The notes under the pieces were generated by a model that saw nothing but the letters and a program-made list of their open reading frames with translations, had not been told where the DNA came from and did not search any database. From an uncultured bacterium (GTDB lineage: Bacteria > Actinomycetota > Coriobacteriia > Coriobacteriales > Coriobacteriaceae), in the NCBI GenBank assembly GCA_905214465.1, contig CAJMMD010000001.1, positions 487 to 64,486 of the forward strand: DNA of 64,000 nt, written 5' to 3'. Below are positions 38,628-47,996 of the stretch, in pieces. The position numbers and the translations under genes were made by a program. Position 1 is the stretch's first letter. The number at the start of each line of letters is the position of its first letter.

Positions 38628-39182
38628 TCAACTACGGGGATCGCGACGAGCCGATACCGCCCGCATGCCCCCTTCGGAATAGGCGCTGAGCAGCTCCTGA
38701 GCGTGGGCAAACTCGGGCCCTCGCCTCCAACCGAGCAGGCGGTTGACCGCGAGATTTCCCTGGACGTTGTGGACAAAGAGCAGATAGGCGTCCTCGCGCG
38801 AAAGCCCAGTCTCCTCCATGATCGAGGGAACCATCTGCTCGGCGCCGCGCTCGACGACGCGCTGTGCCACCCGGGCGTACGCGTCGTCATCCGAGTAGAG
38901 CAGATAATAGTCATCGTTTGCCGGCGGACGCTGGCAGAGGGCGCCCGCCTCCGTTCCCTCGAGCGGCGGCACCGCCGCCAAGGCCTCGTCGATAAGCGCG
39001 TCGAGCAGGGCGAACTTGTCCTCGTAGTGCAGATAGAACGTGCCACGGTTGATATCGGCGCGTCGGCAGATATCCGCTACCGTCATCTTCGCGAAGCCGA
39101 CCTCGGCCAGCAGCGCGAAGAACGCCTCCCGTATGACCGAGAGTGTATAGCGTCGGCGACGATCGATCTTCCCCGCTTCCAT
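38628..39182 (-). CDS. TetR-family transcriptional regulator (copy 1)
   Basis: HTH TLSVIREAFFALLAEVGFAKMTVADICRRADINRGTFYLHY. The start is taken at MEAGKIDRRRR. It is divergent from the first SIR2-like gene. Confidence 0.8.
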   Translation of the reverse strand: MEAGKIDRRRRYTLSVIREAFFALLAEVGFAKMTVADICRRADINRGTFYLHYEDKFALLDALIDEALAAVPPLEGTEAGALCQRPPANDDYYLLYSDDDAYARVAQRVVERGAEQMVPSIMEETGLSREDAYLLFVHNVQGNLAVNRLLGWRRGPEFAHAQELLSAYSEGGMRAVSARRDPRS

Positions 39183-39285
39183 TACCCCTCCAATTGCAAC
39201 GCTCGACAATGCCCGGCAAACGCTCGTTTATCGACAGCAGGCCGAAGCTGTTCATTGCTCTTAAGCAAATCGACATGGATACTTT

Positions 39286-39305
39286 TTATAGACACCTGTT
39301 TATAA
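39286..39305. promoter_or_regulatory. Imperfect palindrome TTATAGACACCTGTTTATAA, candidate TetR operator in the divergent promoter
   Basis: TTATA-N-ACA..TGT-N-TATAA dyad. It is duplicated with the promoter region at 42579-42598. Confidence 0.5.
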
Positions 39306-39325
39306 TAGCTGAAAGAAGGTATCCA

Positions 39326-40291
39326 GTGACCCTGTACGAGCAGCTCGTTATCGAGCTCACCAACCAATCGTTTTCCCTTCAGGCCGCCTACCGCAGCGGC
39401 GGCACGCCCTATGAGCTGAGTGACCGCGAGCCCGAGCCCTACGACCAGCAAATCAGGGACTTCGCCCGCATGATCGAGGAAGCCGATTGCGTGCTGGTGG
39501 GCGGGGCCTCTGGGCTCTCCGCGGCGGGCGGCGGCGACTTCTATTACGAGGACAACGCAACCTATCGCAGGCATTTCGGCAAATTCGCCGAGCGTTACGG
39601 TTTCAAGGGCGCTTTCGAGGGGTCGTTCTACCGCTGGCCCACCGCCGAGGCGCGCTGGGGATACCTCGCCACCTTCCTCGACACCACGCTCAACGCCCCG
39701 CTGCGCAAGCCCTACAAGGACCTCGACGCCATTCTCGCCGAGAAGGATTTCTTCGTGCTCACCACCAACCAGGACACGCAGTTTGTGAAGCTCTACCCCT
39801 GGGAGAAGGTGGCAGAGATCCAAGGCGACCACCGCTTCTTTCAGTGCTCCCGCTGTTGCACCGACGCGGTGTGGGATGCGGTCGAGCCGGTCTCCAACAT
39901 GGTAGAGGCCATGGGAGACGGCCTTGAGGTTCCGACAGAGCTCGTGCCGCGCTGCCCGCACTGCGGGGCAGAGGCGTTCCCCTGGGTTCGCGGCTACGGC
40001 AACTTCCTGCAGGGCGAGCTCTACGAGGAGCAGTACCACAAGGTGTCCGACTGGCTCGACGCGCACGCGCGGCAGAGGATCCTTTTCCTCGAGCTGGGCG
40101 TGGGCCGCATGACGCCCGCGTTTATCCAGGAGCCGTTCTGGGCCCTCACGGCGCAGTTGTCGCAGGCTAGCTACATCGCCGTGAACAACAGGACGCAGTT
40201 TCTCCCCCGCGCGATCGAGGATTGGGGGCTCGCCGTTCGCGCCGACATCGCCGACGTGCTCGCCGACGTGCGCAAGACGCTGGGGAGGTAG
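39326..40291 (+). CDS. SIR2-like (sirtuin-fold) protein A
   Basis: GTG start after gaaagaagg. NAD-binding VLVGGASGLSAAGG (sirtuin GAGIS-like), TTNQDTQ (QNIDxLH-like), conserved His in QGDHRFFQCSRCC, second zinc pair PRCPHCG, and C-terminal ILFLELGVG. Confidence 0.65.
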   Translation: MTLYEQLVIELTNQSFSLQAAYRSGGTPYELSDREPEPYDQQIRDFARMIEEADCVLVGGASGLSAAGGGDFYYEDNATYRRHFGKFAERYGFKGAFEGSFYRWPTAEARWGYLATFLDTTLNAPLRKPYKDLDAILAEKDFFVLTTNQDTQFVKLYPWEKVAEIQGDHRFFQCSRCCTDAVWDAVEPVSNMVEAMGDGLEVPTELVPRCPHCGAEAFPWVRGYGNFLQGELYEEQYHKVSDWLDAHARQRILFLELGVGRMTPAFIQEPFWALTAQLSQASYIAVNNRTQFLPRAIEDWGLAVRADIADVLADVRKTLGR

Positions 40292-40294
40292 CAC

Positions 40295-40993
40295 ATGGAA
40301 ACGGTGAAAGCAGTTCGCATAGGCAGGGCGCTAGCCGAGGCGGATCTTGTCATCATCGGCGCCAGCAACGGGCTGGACATGGCAGAGGGGCTCAACCTCT
40401 TCTGCGCCGATGCTCATTTCCGAGAGGCGTACGGCGACCTCGCTCAGGCCGACGGCATCGGCTGCATACTGCAGGGGCTCGCCTCCCCGGATGCCAGCGT
40501 GCGAAGCCGATGGGTCGAGCGGTTCCATCAAAAGGAGTATGTCGAGTATGAGCCCAGCCCGCTCATGAACGGGCTGCGGCGTCTTACAGAGCACGCTGAC
40601 ACCTTCGTGATCACGTGCAATATCGACGGGCACTTCGTACGCGCAGGGTTCAACGAGAACCGCGTGCTCGAGACGGAGGGGAGCATACGCACGTCGATCG
40701 ACGAGCGGCGTCTCGCCCATCCAGACGCCCTCGCCACGGCCCAGCTCGAGGAGCTCGAGCGCCTTGTGCAAGCCCATCGCAACGGCAGGGTCGCCATCCT
40801 CGAACTTGGCGTGGGACTGCGCAACGGCATCATAAAGCACATGCTCGCCCAGATCGCGAACGTCTGCGAGCACGCCACCTACATCGTGTTCAACTACAGC
40901 CAGGCCATGGCGCCCGACGCCTCGTGCGAGACGATTCTCGTTGACGGCGATATGACCCCGGCTTTCGAGGAGATCGCCCGATGCCACCCCTAG
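40295..40993 (+). CDS. SIR2-like protein B (degenerate: lacks the Zn-ribbon cysteines and the conserved His)
   Basis: 232 aa. VIIGASNGLDMAEG, ITCNIDGHF and ILELGVG are retained, but there is no CxxC and no catalytic His. Confidence 0.6.
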   Translation: METVKAVRIGRALAEADLVIIGASNGLDMAEGLNLFCADAHFREAYGDLAQADGIGCILQGLASPDASVRSRWVERFHQKEYVEYEPSPLMNGLRRLTEHADTFVITCNIDGHFVRAGFNENRVLETEGSIRTSIDERRLAHPDALATAQLEELERLVQAHRNGRVAILELGVGLRNGIIKHMLAQIANVCEHATYIVFNYSQAMAPDASCETILVDGDMTPAFEEIARCHP

Positions 40994-41829
40994 AAAGAGA
41001 AGCGCGTAGGCTTCGAAGCCTTATCGACGATGCCGACGCCATCATCGTCGGCATCGGCTCGGGCATGTCGAGCGCCGCCGGGTTCAACCATTACAACCGC
41101 GCGGGCATGGCGCGCGCAGGAATGGCGGACTGGCAGCAAGCCTTTGGCTTCAAGAGCCTTTTCGACGGCTTCTACCACCTCTACCCCAGCCTCGAGCAGC
41201 AATGGGCCTACTACGCGCGATATATCGATTTCATGCTGCGCGAGCCGACCTCGCAGCCCTATCTCGACCTACGGTCCCTCATCGGCCATAAGGATTACTT
41301 CATCCTGAGCACCAATGTAGACACCCAAGTCGAGAAGACGTTTCCCACCGAGAGGATCTGCAACTATCAGGGAAGCTTCGCGCACCTTCAATGCAAGCAG
41401 CCATGCTGCGACGAGCTCTTCGAGGCGAGCCCCTACGTCGAGCGCATGCTCGCGGGCATGGCGGGGTTCGAGATCCGCAGCGAGGATGTCCCCCGATGCC
41501 CGCACTGCGGCTGGCAGCTCGTGCCGTGGGTGCGCGACGACACGTTTCTGCAGGGTGCGGCATGGCGCGAGAGCCTCGGACGATACGAGCGCTTCGTGCG
41601 CGAGCGCAGCGATCGCCGCGTGCTGTTGCTGGAGCTTGGCGTGGGCGAGATGACCCCCGGCATCATCACGCTCCCGTTCTGGAGCATGACCGCAAAGCTG
41701 CCGGATGCGCACCTTTTGAGCGTAAACATCTCGGGCGGCTCGGCTCCGCTGCAGCTTAGAAGCAAGGCAGGGGCGATCCAGGCCGATTTGGGCGCCCTGC
41801 TCTCGGTGGCGCGGGCAGGTGGCGAGTAA
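40981..41829 (+). CDS. SIR2-like protein C
   Basis: 282 aa. IIVGIGSGMSSAAG, STNVDTQ, GSFAHLQCKQPCC, PRCPHCG, LLLELGVG. 13-bp overlap with gene B. Confidence 0.65.
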   Translation: MPPLEREARRLRSLIDDADAIIVGIGSGMSSAAGFNHYNRAGMARAGMADWQQAFGFKSLFDGFYHLYPSLEQQWAYYARYIDFMLREPTSQPYLDLRSLIGHKDYFILSTNVDTQVEKTFPTERICNYQGSFAHLQCKQPCCDELFEASPYVERMLAGMAGFEIRSEDVPRCPHCGWQLVPWVRDDTFLQGAAWRESLGRYERFVRERSDRRVLLLELGVGEMTPGIITLPFWSMTAKLPDAHLLSVNISGGSAPLQLRSKAGAIQADLGALLSVARAGGE

Positions 41830-41912
41830 CGCGGAGCGGTAGACGCGCAATGAGGTTTTAGTCGCAGCCTCCGAACGAGAGGGCTCGGAGGCTGGTATTC
41901 CTGAATCGCAGG

Positions 41913-42473
41913 TCACGATGGGTTATCGGAATCGCGAAGAGCGGATACCGCCAGTAAGCCCCCTTCGGAATAGGCGTTGAGCAGCTCCTGGGCATGGGCG
42001 AACTCGGGACCTCGTCTCCAGCCGAGCAGGCGGTTGACGGCCAGATTGCCCTGGACGTTGTGGACGAAGAGCAGGAAGGCGTCTTCGCGTGAAAGCCCTG
42101 TTTTCTCCATGACCCAGGGAACCATCTGCTCCGCTCCGCGTTCTATGACGCGCTGGGCTACGCGAGCGTATGCGTCGCTGTCCGAATAAAGCAGGCGATA
42201 ATCGTCGTCTGCCGGCGGACGCTGGCAAAGCGTTGCCGATTCAACCCCCTCAAGCGGGGGAGCCGCTGCCAATGCCTCGTCGATAAGCGCATCGAGCAGC
42301 GCGTACTTATCCTCGTAATGCAGATAGAACGTTCCCCGGTTGATCTCGGCGCGGCGGCAGATGTCCGCCACCGTCATCTTCGCGAAGCCGACCTCGGCCA
42401 GCAGCGCGAAGAACGCCTCCTGTATGACCGAGAGGGTGTAGCGCCGCCGGTGGTCGATCTTGGTTTCTCCCAT
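41913..42473 (-). CDS. TetR-family transcriptional regulator (copy 2, ~85% identical to copy 1)
   Basis: The start is taken at MGETKIDHRRR. Near-identical HTH and C-terminal domain to 38628-39182. Confidence 0.8.
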   Translation of the reverse strand: MGETKIDHRRRYTLSVIQEAFFALLAEVGFAKMTVADICRRAEINRGTFYLHYEDKYALLDALIDEALAAAPPLEGVESATLCQRPPADDDYRLLYSDSDAYARVAQRVIERGAEQMVPWVMEKTGLSREDAFLLFVHNVQGNLAVNRLLGWRRGPEFAHAQELLNAYSEGGLLAVSALRDSDNPS

Positions 42474-42578
42474 CGCCTCTCCAATCTGAGTCGTTTGACA
42501 ATGTCCAGTAGCTGTTCGTTTATCGACAGGTGCACGCGTTTGTTCATTGCCCCTGAGAAAATCAACAAGGATACTGTT

Positions 42579-42598
42579 TATAGACACCTGTTTATTAT
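42579..42598. promoter_or_regulatory. Duplicate of the candidate TetR operator (TTATAGACACCTGTTTATTA)
   Basis: Part of the duplicated promoter segment; coordinates within 1-2 bp. Confidence 0.45.
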
Positions 42599-42616
42599 AG
42601 CTGAAAGGGAGTACGG

Positions 42617-42817
42617 ATGACCCTGTGCGAGAAACTCGGCATCGGGCTTGTCAGCCGATCGTTTTCCCATCGGTCCGTCTATCGAAACGGCGGCACGTCA
42701 TACGATTTGAGCGATTGCGAGCCTGCTGCTTGCAAGCAAGATATCGAGGCTTTTGCCCGCAAGGTGGAGGAGGCTGATTGCGTGTTTACGGGAGAGGCAG
42801 GTAGGCAGGCGTTATGA
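42617..42817 (+). pseudogene. Truncated SIR2-like paralog (N-terminal 66 codons only)
   Basis: MTLCEKLGIGLVSRSFSHRSVYRNGGTSYDLSDCEPAACKQDIEAFARKVEEADCVFTGEAG parallels residues 1-65 of SIR2-like A and then terminates where the lower-GC radical-SAM insertion begins. Confidence 0.5.
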
Positions 42818-43503
42818 GCATCTGCATCAAAAATCAGATTCAGAATATGAATATCGTCATCGGCTGCACGGTGGGGTGTCCATATTGCTATGCCCGTAAC
42901 AATGTGAAACGTTGGCATATGATTGACGACTTCGCTGATCCTGCGTTCTTCCCGAGCAAGCTCAAGATGATGGAAAAGAAACGCCCGCAGAACTTTCTCC
43001 TTACCGGCATGAGCGATCTCTCCGGGTGGAAGCTGGAATGGCGAGACGAGGTATTTGCAAAGATCCATGAGAATCCACGGCATCAGTTCCTGTTCCTGAC
43101 CAAGAGACCCGATTTGCTGGATTTAGATACCGACCTGGAAAACGCATGGTTCGGCGTTACGGTGACGAGAAAAGCGGAGCTGTGGCGTATCGACGCCCTT
43201 CGGAAAAACCTCAAAGCAAATCACTTCTTCGTTACTTTTGAGCCGCTATTCGACGATCCCGGTACGGTCGACCTTTCCGGAATCAACTGGATCGTCGTCG
43301 GTACCATGACCGGGGCGCAGAGCAGGAAGGTTCATACGGAACCGGAGTGGGCATGGTCTTTGACGGACCAGGCGCACGCGCTTGGCATTCCAATGTTTAT
43401 GAAGGAAGACCTCGTCTCTGTCATAGGGGACGAAAACATGATTCAGGAATTACCGGAAGAATTCGAAAGAGTGCTGGAGGTGCAGAGAACATGGCGGAAG
43501 TGA
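42814..43503 (+). CDS. Radical SAM protein (CxxxCxxC; SplB/DUF5131-like small form)
   Basis: IGCTVGCPYCYARN cluster near the N-terminus; 229 aa; lower GC than the flanks. Confidence 0.55.
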   Translation: MSICIKNQIQNMNIVIGCTVGCPYCYARNNVKRWHMIDDFADPAFFPSKLKMMEKKRPQNFLLTGMSDLSGWKLEWRDEVFAKIHENPRHQFLFLTKRPDLLDLDTDLENAWFGVTVTRKAELWRIDALRKNLKANHFFVTFEPLFDDPGTVDLSGINWIVVGTMTGAQSRKVHTEPEWAWSLTDQAHALGIPMFMKEDLVSVIGDENMIQELPEEFERVLEVQRTWRK

Positions 43504-44399
43504 TCGATAGAATCCTCATCAATGAGGTGGAAGCAAAGAACATCATGACCAAGTCCAGCCTGCCGGTAGGCGGCTACTCGGTCAATCCCTATGTAGGCTG
43601 CACGCATGCCTGCAAGTATTGCTATGCCTCCTTTATGAAGCGCTTTACCGGACACAAGGAGGAATGGGGCACCTTTCTTGATGTGAAGCATTGGCCGGAA
43701 ATCAAGAATCCGAAGAAATACGCTGGACAGCGGGTGGTTATCGGTTCTGTGACGGATGGCTACAATCCACAGGAGGAGCGATTCGGGAATACCAGGAAAC
43801 TCCTGGAGCAGCTGATTGGCAGCGATGCAGATATTCTGATCTGCACAAAGTCCGATCTTGTGGTACGGGATATCGATCTGCTGAAGAAGCTTGGACGAGT
43901 GACCGTTTCATGGTCGATCAACACGCTGGATGAGAACTTCAAGAACGATATGGACTCCGCGTCGAGCATCGAGCGTCGTATCGCTGCTATGAAGCAGGTG
44001 TATGACGAAGGTATCCGTACGGTCTGCTTCGTGTCCCCGGTATTTCCCGGCATCACGGATTTTGAGATGATTTTTGAGCGAGTAAAGGATCGGTGCGATT
44101 TGTTTTGGCTCGAAAATCTCAATCTTCGGGGTGGTTTCAAAAAAACGATCCTGGATTATATCGCCGAGAAACATCCCGATCTCGTACCGCTTTACGATGA
44201 GATCTATAACAAGCGCAACCGTAGCTATTTTGAAGCGCTTGAAGAAAAAGCCGAGGAAATGGCCAAGAAGTACGATTGCCCCTTTGTGGACAACGAAATG
44301 CCTTATGGCAGAGTCCCCCAGGGGCATCCGGTGATCGTGGACTACTTCTATCACGAGGAAGTCCGAGGGTCGGATAATAGCGGAAAAAGAAATCGTTAA
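43491..44399 (+). CDS. Radical SAM DNA-repair-photolyase-like protein (SplB/COG1533-like)
   Basis: The start is MAEVIDRILINEVEAK. VGCTHACKYCYA cluster; 302 aa; 13-nt overlap with the upstream radical-SAM gene. Confidence 0.65.
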   Translation: MAEVIDRILINEVEAKNIMTKSSLPVGGYSVNPYVGCTHACKYCYASFMKRFTGHKEEWGTFLDVKHWPEIKNPKKYAGQRVVIGSVTDGYNPQEERFGNTRKLLEQLIGSDADILICTKSDLVVRDIDLLKKLGRVTVSWSINTLDENFKNDMDSASSIERRIAAMKQVYDEGIRTVCFVSPVFPGITDFEMIFERVKDRCDLFWLENLNLRGGFKKTILDYIAEKHPDLVPLYDEIYNKRNRSYFEALEEKAEEMAKKYDCPFVDNEMPYGRVPQGHPVIVDYFYHEEVRGSDNSGKRNR

Positions 44400-44629
44400 A
44401 CGGAAACCGACGACGATTCGCTCGAGCGATTAGCGTCCACGCGTGGCTTCTGCCGATTGGCGCAACGGGCGACGGATTAAGGGATCGCTCGGGCGGATGA
44501 TCCCGCTGCAGTACAGGCGGTCGCTCAATTTAGCGGCATGAGCGTTTTCGCACGGGAAACCAGTATCCCCTGTGCCGAGTTTAATCGTAGCAAATACAAT
44601 GGGCACTGAGCATCAATCGAAAGTAGTCG

Positions 44630-45190
44630 ATGGAGATGGATATGCAACTGGCAACCGAGCGGCTGATACTGCGCCCATGGGCCGAAACGGACGCAGAGGA
44701 CCTGTACAGATACGCGAAGGACGACAGGGTGGGGCCGATTGCCGGCTGGCCGCCTCACTCGAGCGTTGACGACAGCGCCGAAATCATCCGCACCGTGTTT
44801 TCCGCGCCGGAGACGTACGCCGTTTGCCTGAAGGAAGACAACAGGGCCATCGGAAGCATAGGGTTGATGATTGGCGCGCGGTCCGACAAGGAGATTCCGG
44901 ACACTGAGGGAGAAATAGGCTACTGGATCGGCGTCCCGTTCTGGGGCAAGGGGCTGATACCGGAGGCGGTTCGAGAACTCGTCCGCCATGGTTTCGAGGA
45001 CTTGAAACTGGACAAAATCTGGTGCGGATACTTCGACGGGAACGAGAAATCGAAACGCGTTCAGGAAAAATGCGGCTTTATTTGGCACCGCACCCGCAAG
45101 GACGTCTGCTGTGAGCTGATGGGCGACATCCGTACAGAACATATCGCTTGCCTGACGAGAAGTGATTGGCTGAGTCAGTCTAAAGCTTGA
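44630..45190 (+). CDS. GNAT-family N-acetyltransferase (RimJ/RimL-like)
   Basis: LATERLILRPW motif and acetyl-CoA binding region IGYWIGVPFWGKG. The start may be the fourth Met. Confidence 0.8.
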   Translation: MEMDMQLATERLILRPWAETDAEDLYRYAKDDRVGPIAGWPPHSSVDDSAEIIRTVFSAPETYAVCLKEDNRAIGSIGLMIGARSDKEIPDTEGEIGYWIGVPFWGKGLIPEAVRELVRHGFEDLKLDKIWCGYFDGNEKSKRVQEKCGFIWHRTRKDVCCELMGDIRTEHIACLTRSDWLSQSKA

Positions 45191-45480
45191 TATGCAACAT
45201 GGGTTCTGCGAGTAGCTCGCAAACCCCAGGTCGCAAGTCTTCGTCAGCGGTGAGCAAAGTGAGTGGTCTCAGGTGGCTTGCCTATGGGCTGGCGCGCAGG
45301 CTGGGGCTTCGCCATTGGAGCGATCGTTTCATGTACTTGCCTTTTCGCACAGCCCATGATTTAAAAATAATTGGTTTTCCGCAAGCAAGGCTTCCAAGTG
45401 CCAGGGACGTTTTCCCCGGCTTTTTCTTATCCAGTTGAGCGCACTTGCCGTCCAGGTCGTCAGATAACGAAGGCAAGCAG

Positions 45481-45540
45481 CATAGTCATTGGGATCGTTC
45501 TTAAATGACTAGTCGTTAAAGAACGTCCCCGACCACTAAC
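45481..45540. repeat. ~60-bp hairpin repeat element, copy 2
   Basis: catagtcattgggatcgttcttaaatgactagtcgttaaagaacgtccccgaccactaacta, ~90% identical to 421-480. Confidence 0.6.
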
Positions 45541-45880
45541 TATCGCAAGTGACGAAATCGGGCAGGCGGATGCACGAGATAAAGTTGAAGTCGTCTTTCC
45601 TCGTGTAATCGATCTCGCCATCGGCGCGGTCTTGCCACCAGAAGCCCTCGAGCGGCGGCACGACGAAGTCGAAATAGCCTTCGATCTCTCGCGGGCCCTT
45701 TTTCGACATCTTGATGGTATAGGCGACGCCGTAGGGCATCGGCAACGCGTTCTGCTACGCGCCGCCTTCGGCATTGGGATCGCCTTCGCCCCGCACGGCA
45801 ACGTAGCTCATAGACGGAACGATCAGAATGCTCGGCTTGTCAGGCGGTTTGCCCGCGATGTTGTAGCGCACCGTAGACGC
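45536..45880 (-). pseudogene. GyrI-like / effector-binding-domain protein disrupted by an in-frame amber codon
   Basis: The minus-strand frame reads ...SILIVPSMSYVAVRGEGDPNAEGGA*QNALPMPYGVAYTIKMSKKGPREIEGYFDFVVPPLEGFWWQD... with a TAG where a Tyr is expected. The surrounding ~1 kb is degraded (no long ORFs). Confidence 0.4.
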
Positions 45881-46871
45881 TGATGGAGATGACTGCGCGC
45901 AGGCACGAGTGCGCCGCCGCACCTCATGGCCTGTTTCTCGGGTATTTGGGGCGCGCGGCGTTCAAAAATGTGAAGCGGTTCCGCATGGCTCGAGACTGAG
46001 CCGAGGTGCCCTACTTCTCGCCCTCCAGCAGCCCCACGATGCGGTCGATGTCGACGGCGAAGCGGGGCCTTCCCTCGCGCTCGTAGCGGTCGAGGCATGC
46101 CTGGCACTCGGAGACAATGCGCTTGGTGTTGCCGTCGATGATGCGCTGGGGCGTCTCGTAGTAGGCCGAACCCTCGGTCCTAAAGCGACGCTGCCCCTAC
46201 AGGTGAGCGATACTCTACGCCTTGCGGCACCCCGTCGCCCACGGAGGTTAAACGTACACGTAAGCCGTACTCTGAAAGCCGCGGTTTCCGGCAAGTAGTT
46301 TTTACCACGAAAACTCGCCTTAGATGCGCGTAGCTCTCAAAATAACACTCGCCGAGCCGTTACTTAACCGCCGACCTCGCTTGATGCAGAGGGCATTGGG
46401 GCAACAATAATGCGGATGAGTGCCGAGGATCCAAACGGGTCTCACACCGTCCTTCCAGCGTTCATGCGTCCGTCTTCATTGCCTGGACTAATTATTCCAA
46501 ATAGAGCGTTTTGGAGTGCATCGCGGCGTTGCATGAAAACCCCAGATAGCCTATTCTACCTAGGGTTTCATTGCTATTCACTACCTTTTGTAACGTGCCG
46601 TTTTAGGCTCTCGGTTTACTCCCACTCAGTAATCAAATCGTGCATTCCCATGGTCTCTCGTCTACGTGGTGCACTGCCGTCTCCCCATTTACTGGAATCA
46701 GGCGGTTTTCAGATACCAAAATTGAACTCAAAATGAACTCAACGCCAATTTCTGGCGAGAGGCTTCCAACGCTAGCAGTCAATACCGAGCACCACTATTT
46801 ATCACCATTCGCCGCCATCTTCATTTCATGTCCAATTGAATTTTTACGGCAATCACTACGGCTTCCAAACA

Positions 46872-47996
46872 TTAATCAACGGACACACCCCAAGGAAGAA
46901 CGTCTTTTCCCCTCCCGTTCGTCTTTCCCTTCCACGTTGCGAACAGGTATCTGTCGAACTCGAAGAACTCTGTTTCTCTATAGGGATGCTGTCTGTCATA
47001 GCTGCCAATATTCGTTATATATGCATGGTCGACAGACCTCAGTTCATAGTCTCTACATCTCAGCGACGGAGAGAGCTGTTTGTACAGGGCATAGTTGAAG
47101 GAATCATCTATTTTCATATGTTTAATGAGCGGAGAGTAGTCCTTGTGCTGATCATAATTAACAAATAGAGCGAGGTTGACGGCGCAGCGTGCGAATACGT
47201 CGTCTTCCACGCGCCGGGAATAATAGGCGACCCCGTCAAGACCATGCTTCTTACACGCCATCATTATTGCCTGGGGAACGATGTACTCAGACTTGAACGT
47301 TCTGTCAGCTTCGTCGATTCTGTACGAGGTCGCTATCATGAGCATGAATAGTTTAAGCCAGCAATGAACGCGCCCCTCATCGAAACCGTCCAAGCCGCCG
47401 AAATCTCTCACATTGATTGCCAAGTTAAGTATTTTCTGCGTGCCGTCTAAAACTACCGGTGAGCCGTTGAAATCGATTTCCGGTGGAAATCCCGTCTCTA
47501 TCCAGCATCCATACGAAGAATTTGCAAGATAATAGGCCGGGCTGCCGGGGATACTAAACCTGTAGCTTCCGGTCTTAGATCTCAGGCTCTTCGGCAAATG
47601 CAACATCTCTTTTGCCGCATAGGCGCTAGAAGGACTCCCTGTTCTCGACCGAAAGAATTGTATCTCCTGGCTCCTGTTCCCCGGAAAGGCCCAACTCTCA
47701 TCTAGCTTTGCAACCGCAAAAGGATCGGAACGAACTTCTGAAACCAAATTCCTGATGATTGTGTTGCTTTTTGCAATATCGGCCTTGTAGTAACTACGCA
47801 GGGCTTCGAGGATTTTATTTCGATATTTCTTTATTATTGCCAGGCTGCCATCATCCGCACCGGCCTTTTCCGCCTGGTTGAGCACAATGTTGTATTTCTC
47901 CATAAGGCGGGAATAGTAGTCATTGTCCAGTTTGACAACAAACGGAGCATATAGGTCATTACAGATGAAATCATTCAACAACCAAGATAACCCCAT
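46872..47996 (-). CDS. RES-domain protein (NAD+-targeting toxin family) with N- and C-terminal extensions
   Basis: RES motifs: GSYRFSIPGSPAYYLANSSYGCWIE (Arg..Glu) and GLDGVAYYSRRVEDDVFARCAVNLALF (Ser). Low-GC coding. The start is taken at MGLSW; the track ORF extends to 48302 into GC-rich DNA, so the true start is uncertain. Confidence 0.6.
   Translation of the reverse strand: MGLSWLLNDFICNDLYAPFVVKLDNDYYSRLMEKYNIVLNQAEKAGADDGSLAIIKKYRNKILEALRSYYKADIAKSNTIIRNLVSEVRSDPFAVAKLDESWAFPGNRSQEIQFFRSRTGSPSSAYAAKEMLHLPKSLRSKTGSYRFSIPGSPAYYLANSSYGCWIETGFPPEIDFNGSPVVLDGTQKILNLAINVRDFGGLDGFDEGRVHCWLKLFMLMIATSYRIDEADRTFKSEYIVPQAIMMACKKHGLDGVAYYSRRVEDDVFARCAVNLALFVNYDQHKDYSPLIKHMKIDDSFNYALYKQLSPSLRCRDYELRSVDHAYITNIGSYDRQHPYRETEFFEFDRYLFATWKGKTNGRGKDVLPWGVSVD

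Noticed and set aside
43347-44399. Full 350-aa track ORF for the second radical-SAM gene
   Set aside because: The first 48 codons overlap the upstream radical-SAM gene in another frame and lack similarity. A start at MAEVIDR (43491) with a short overlap is more plausible.
45187-45438. 83-aa ORF downstream of the GNAT gene
   Set aside because: No start context or domain. It lies in the decayed region before the hairpin repeat.
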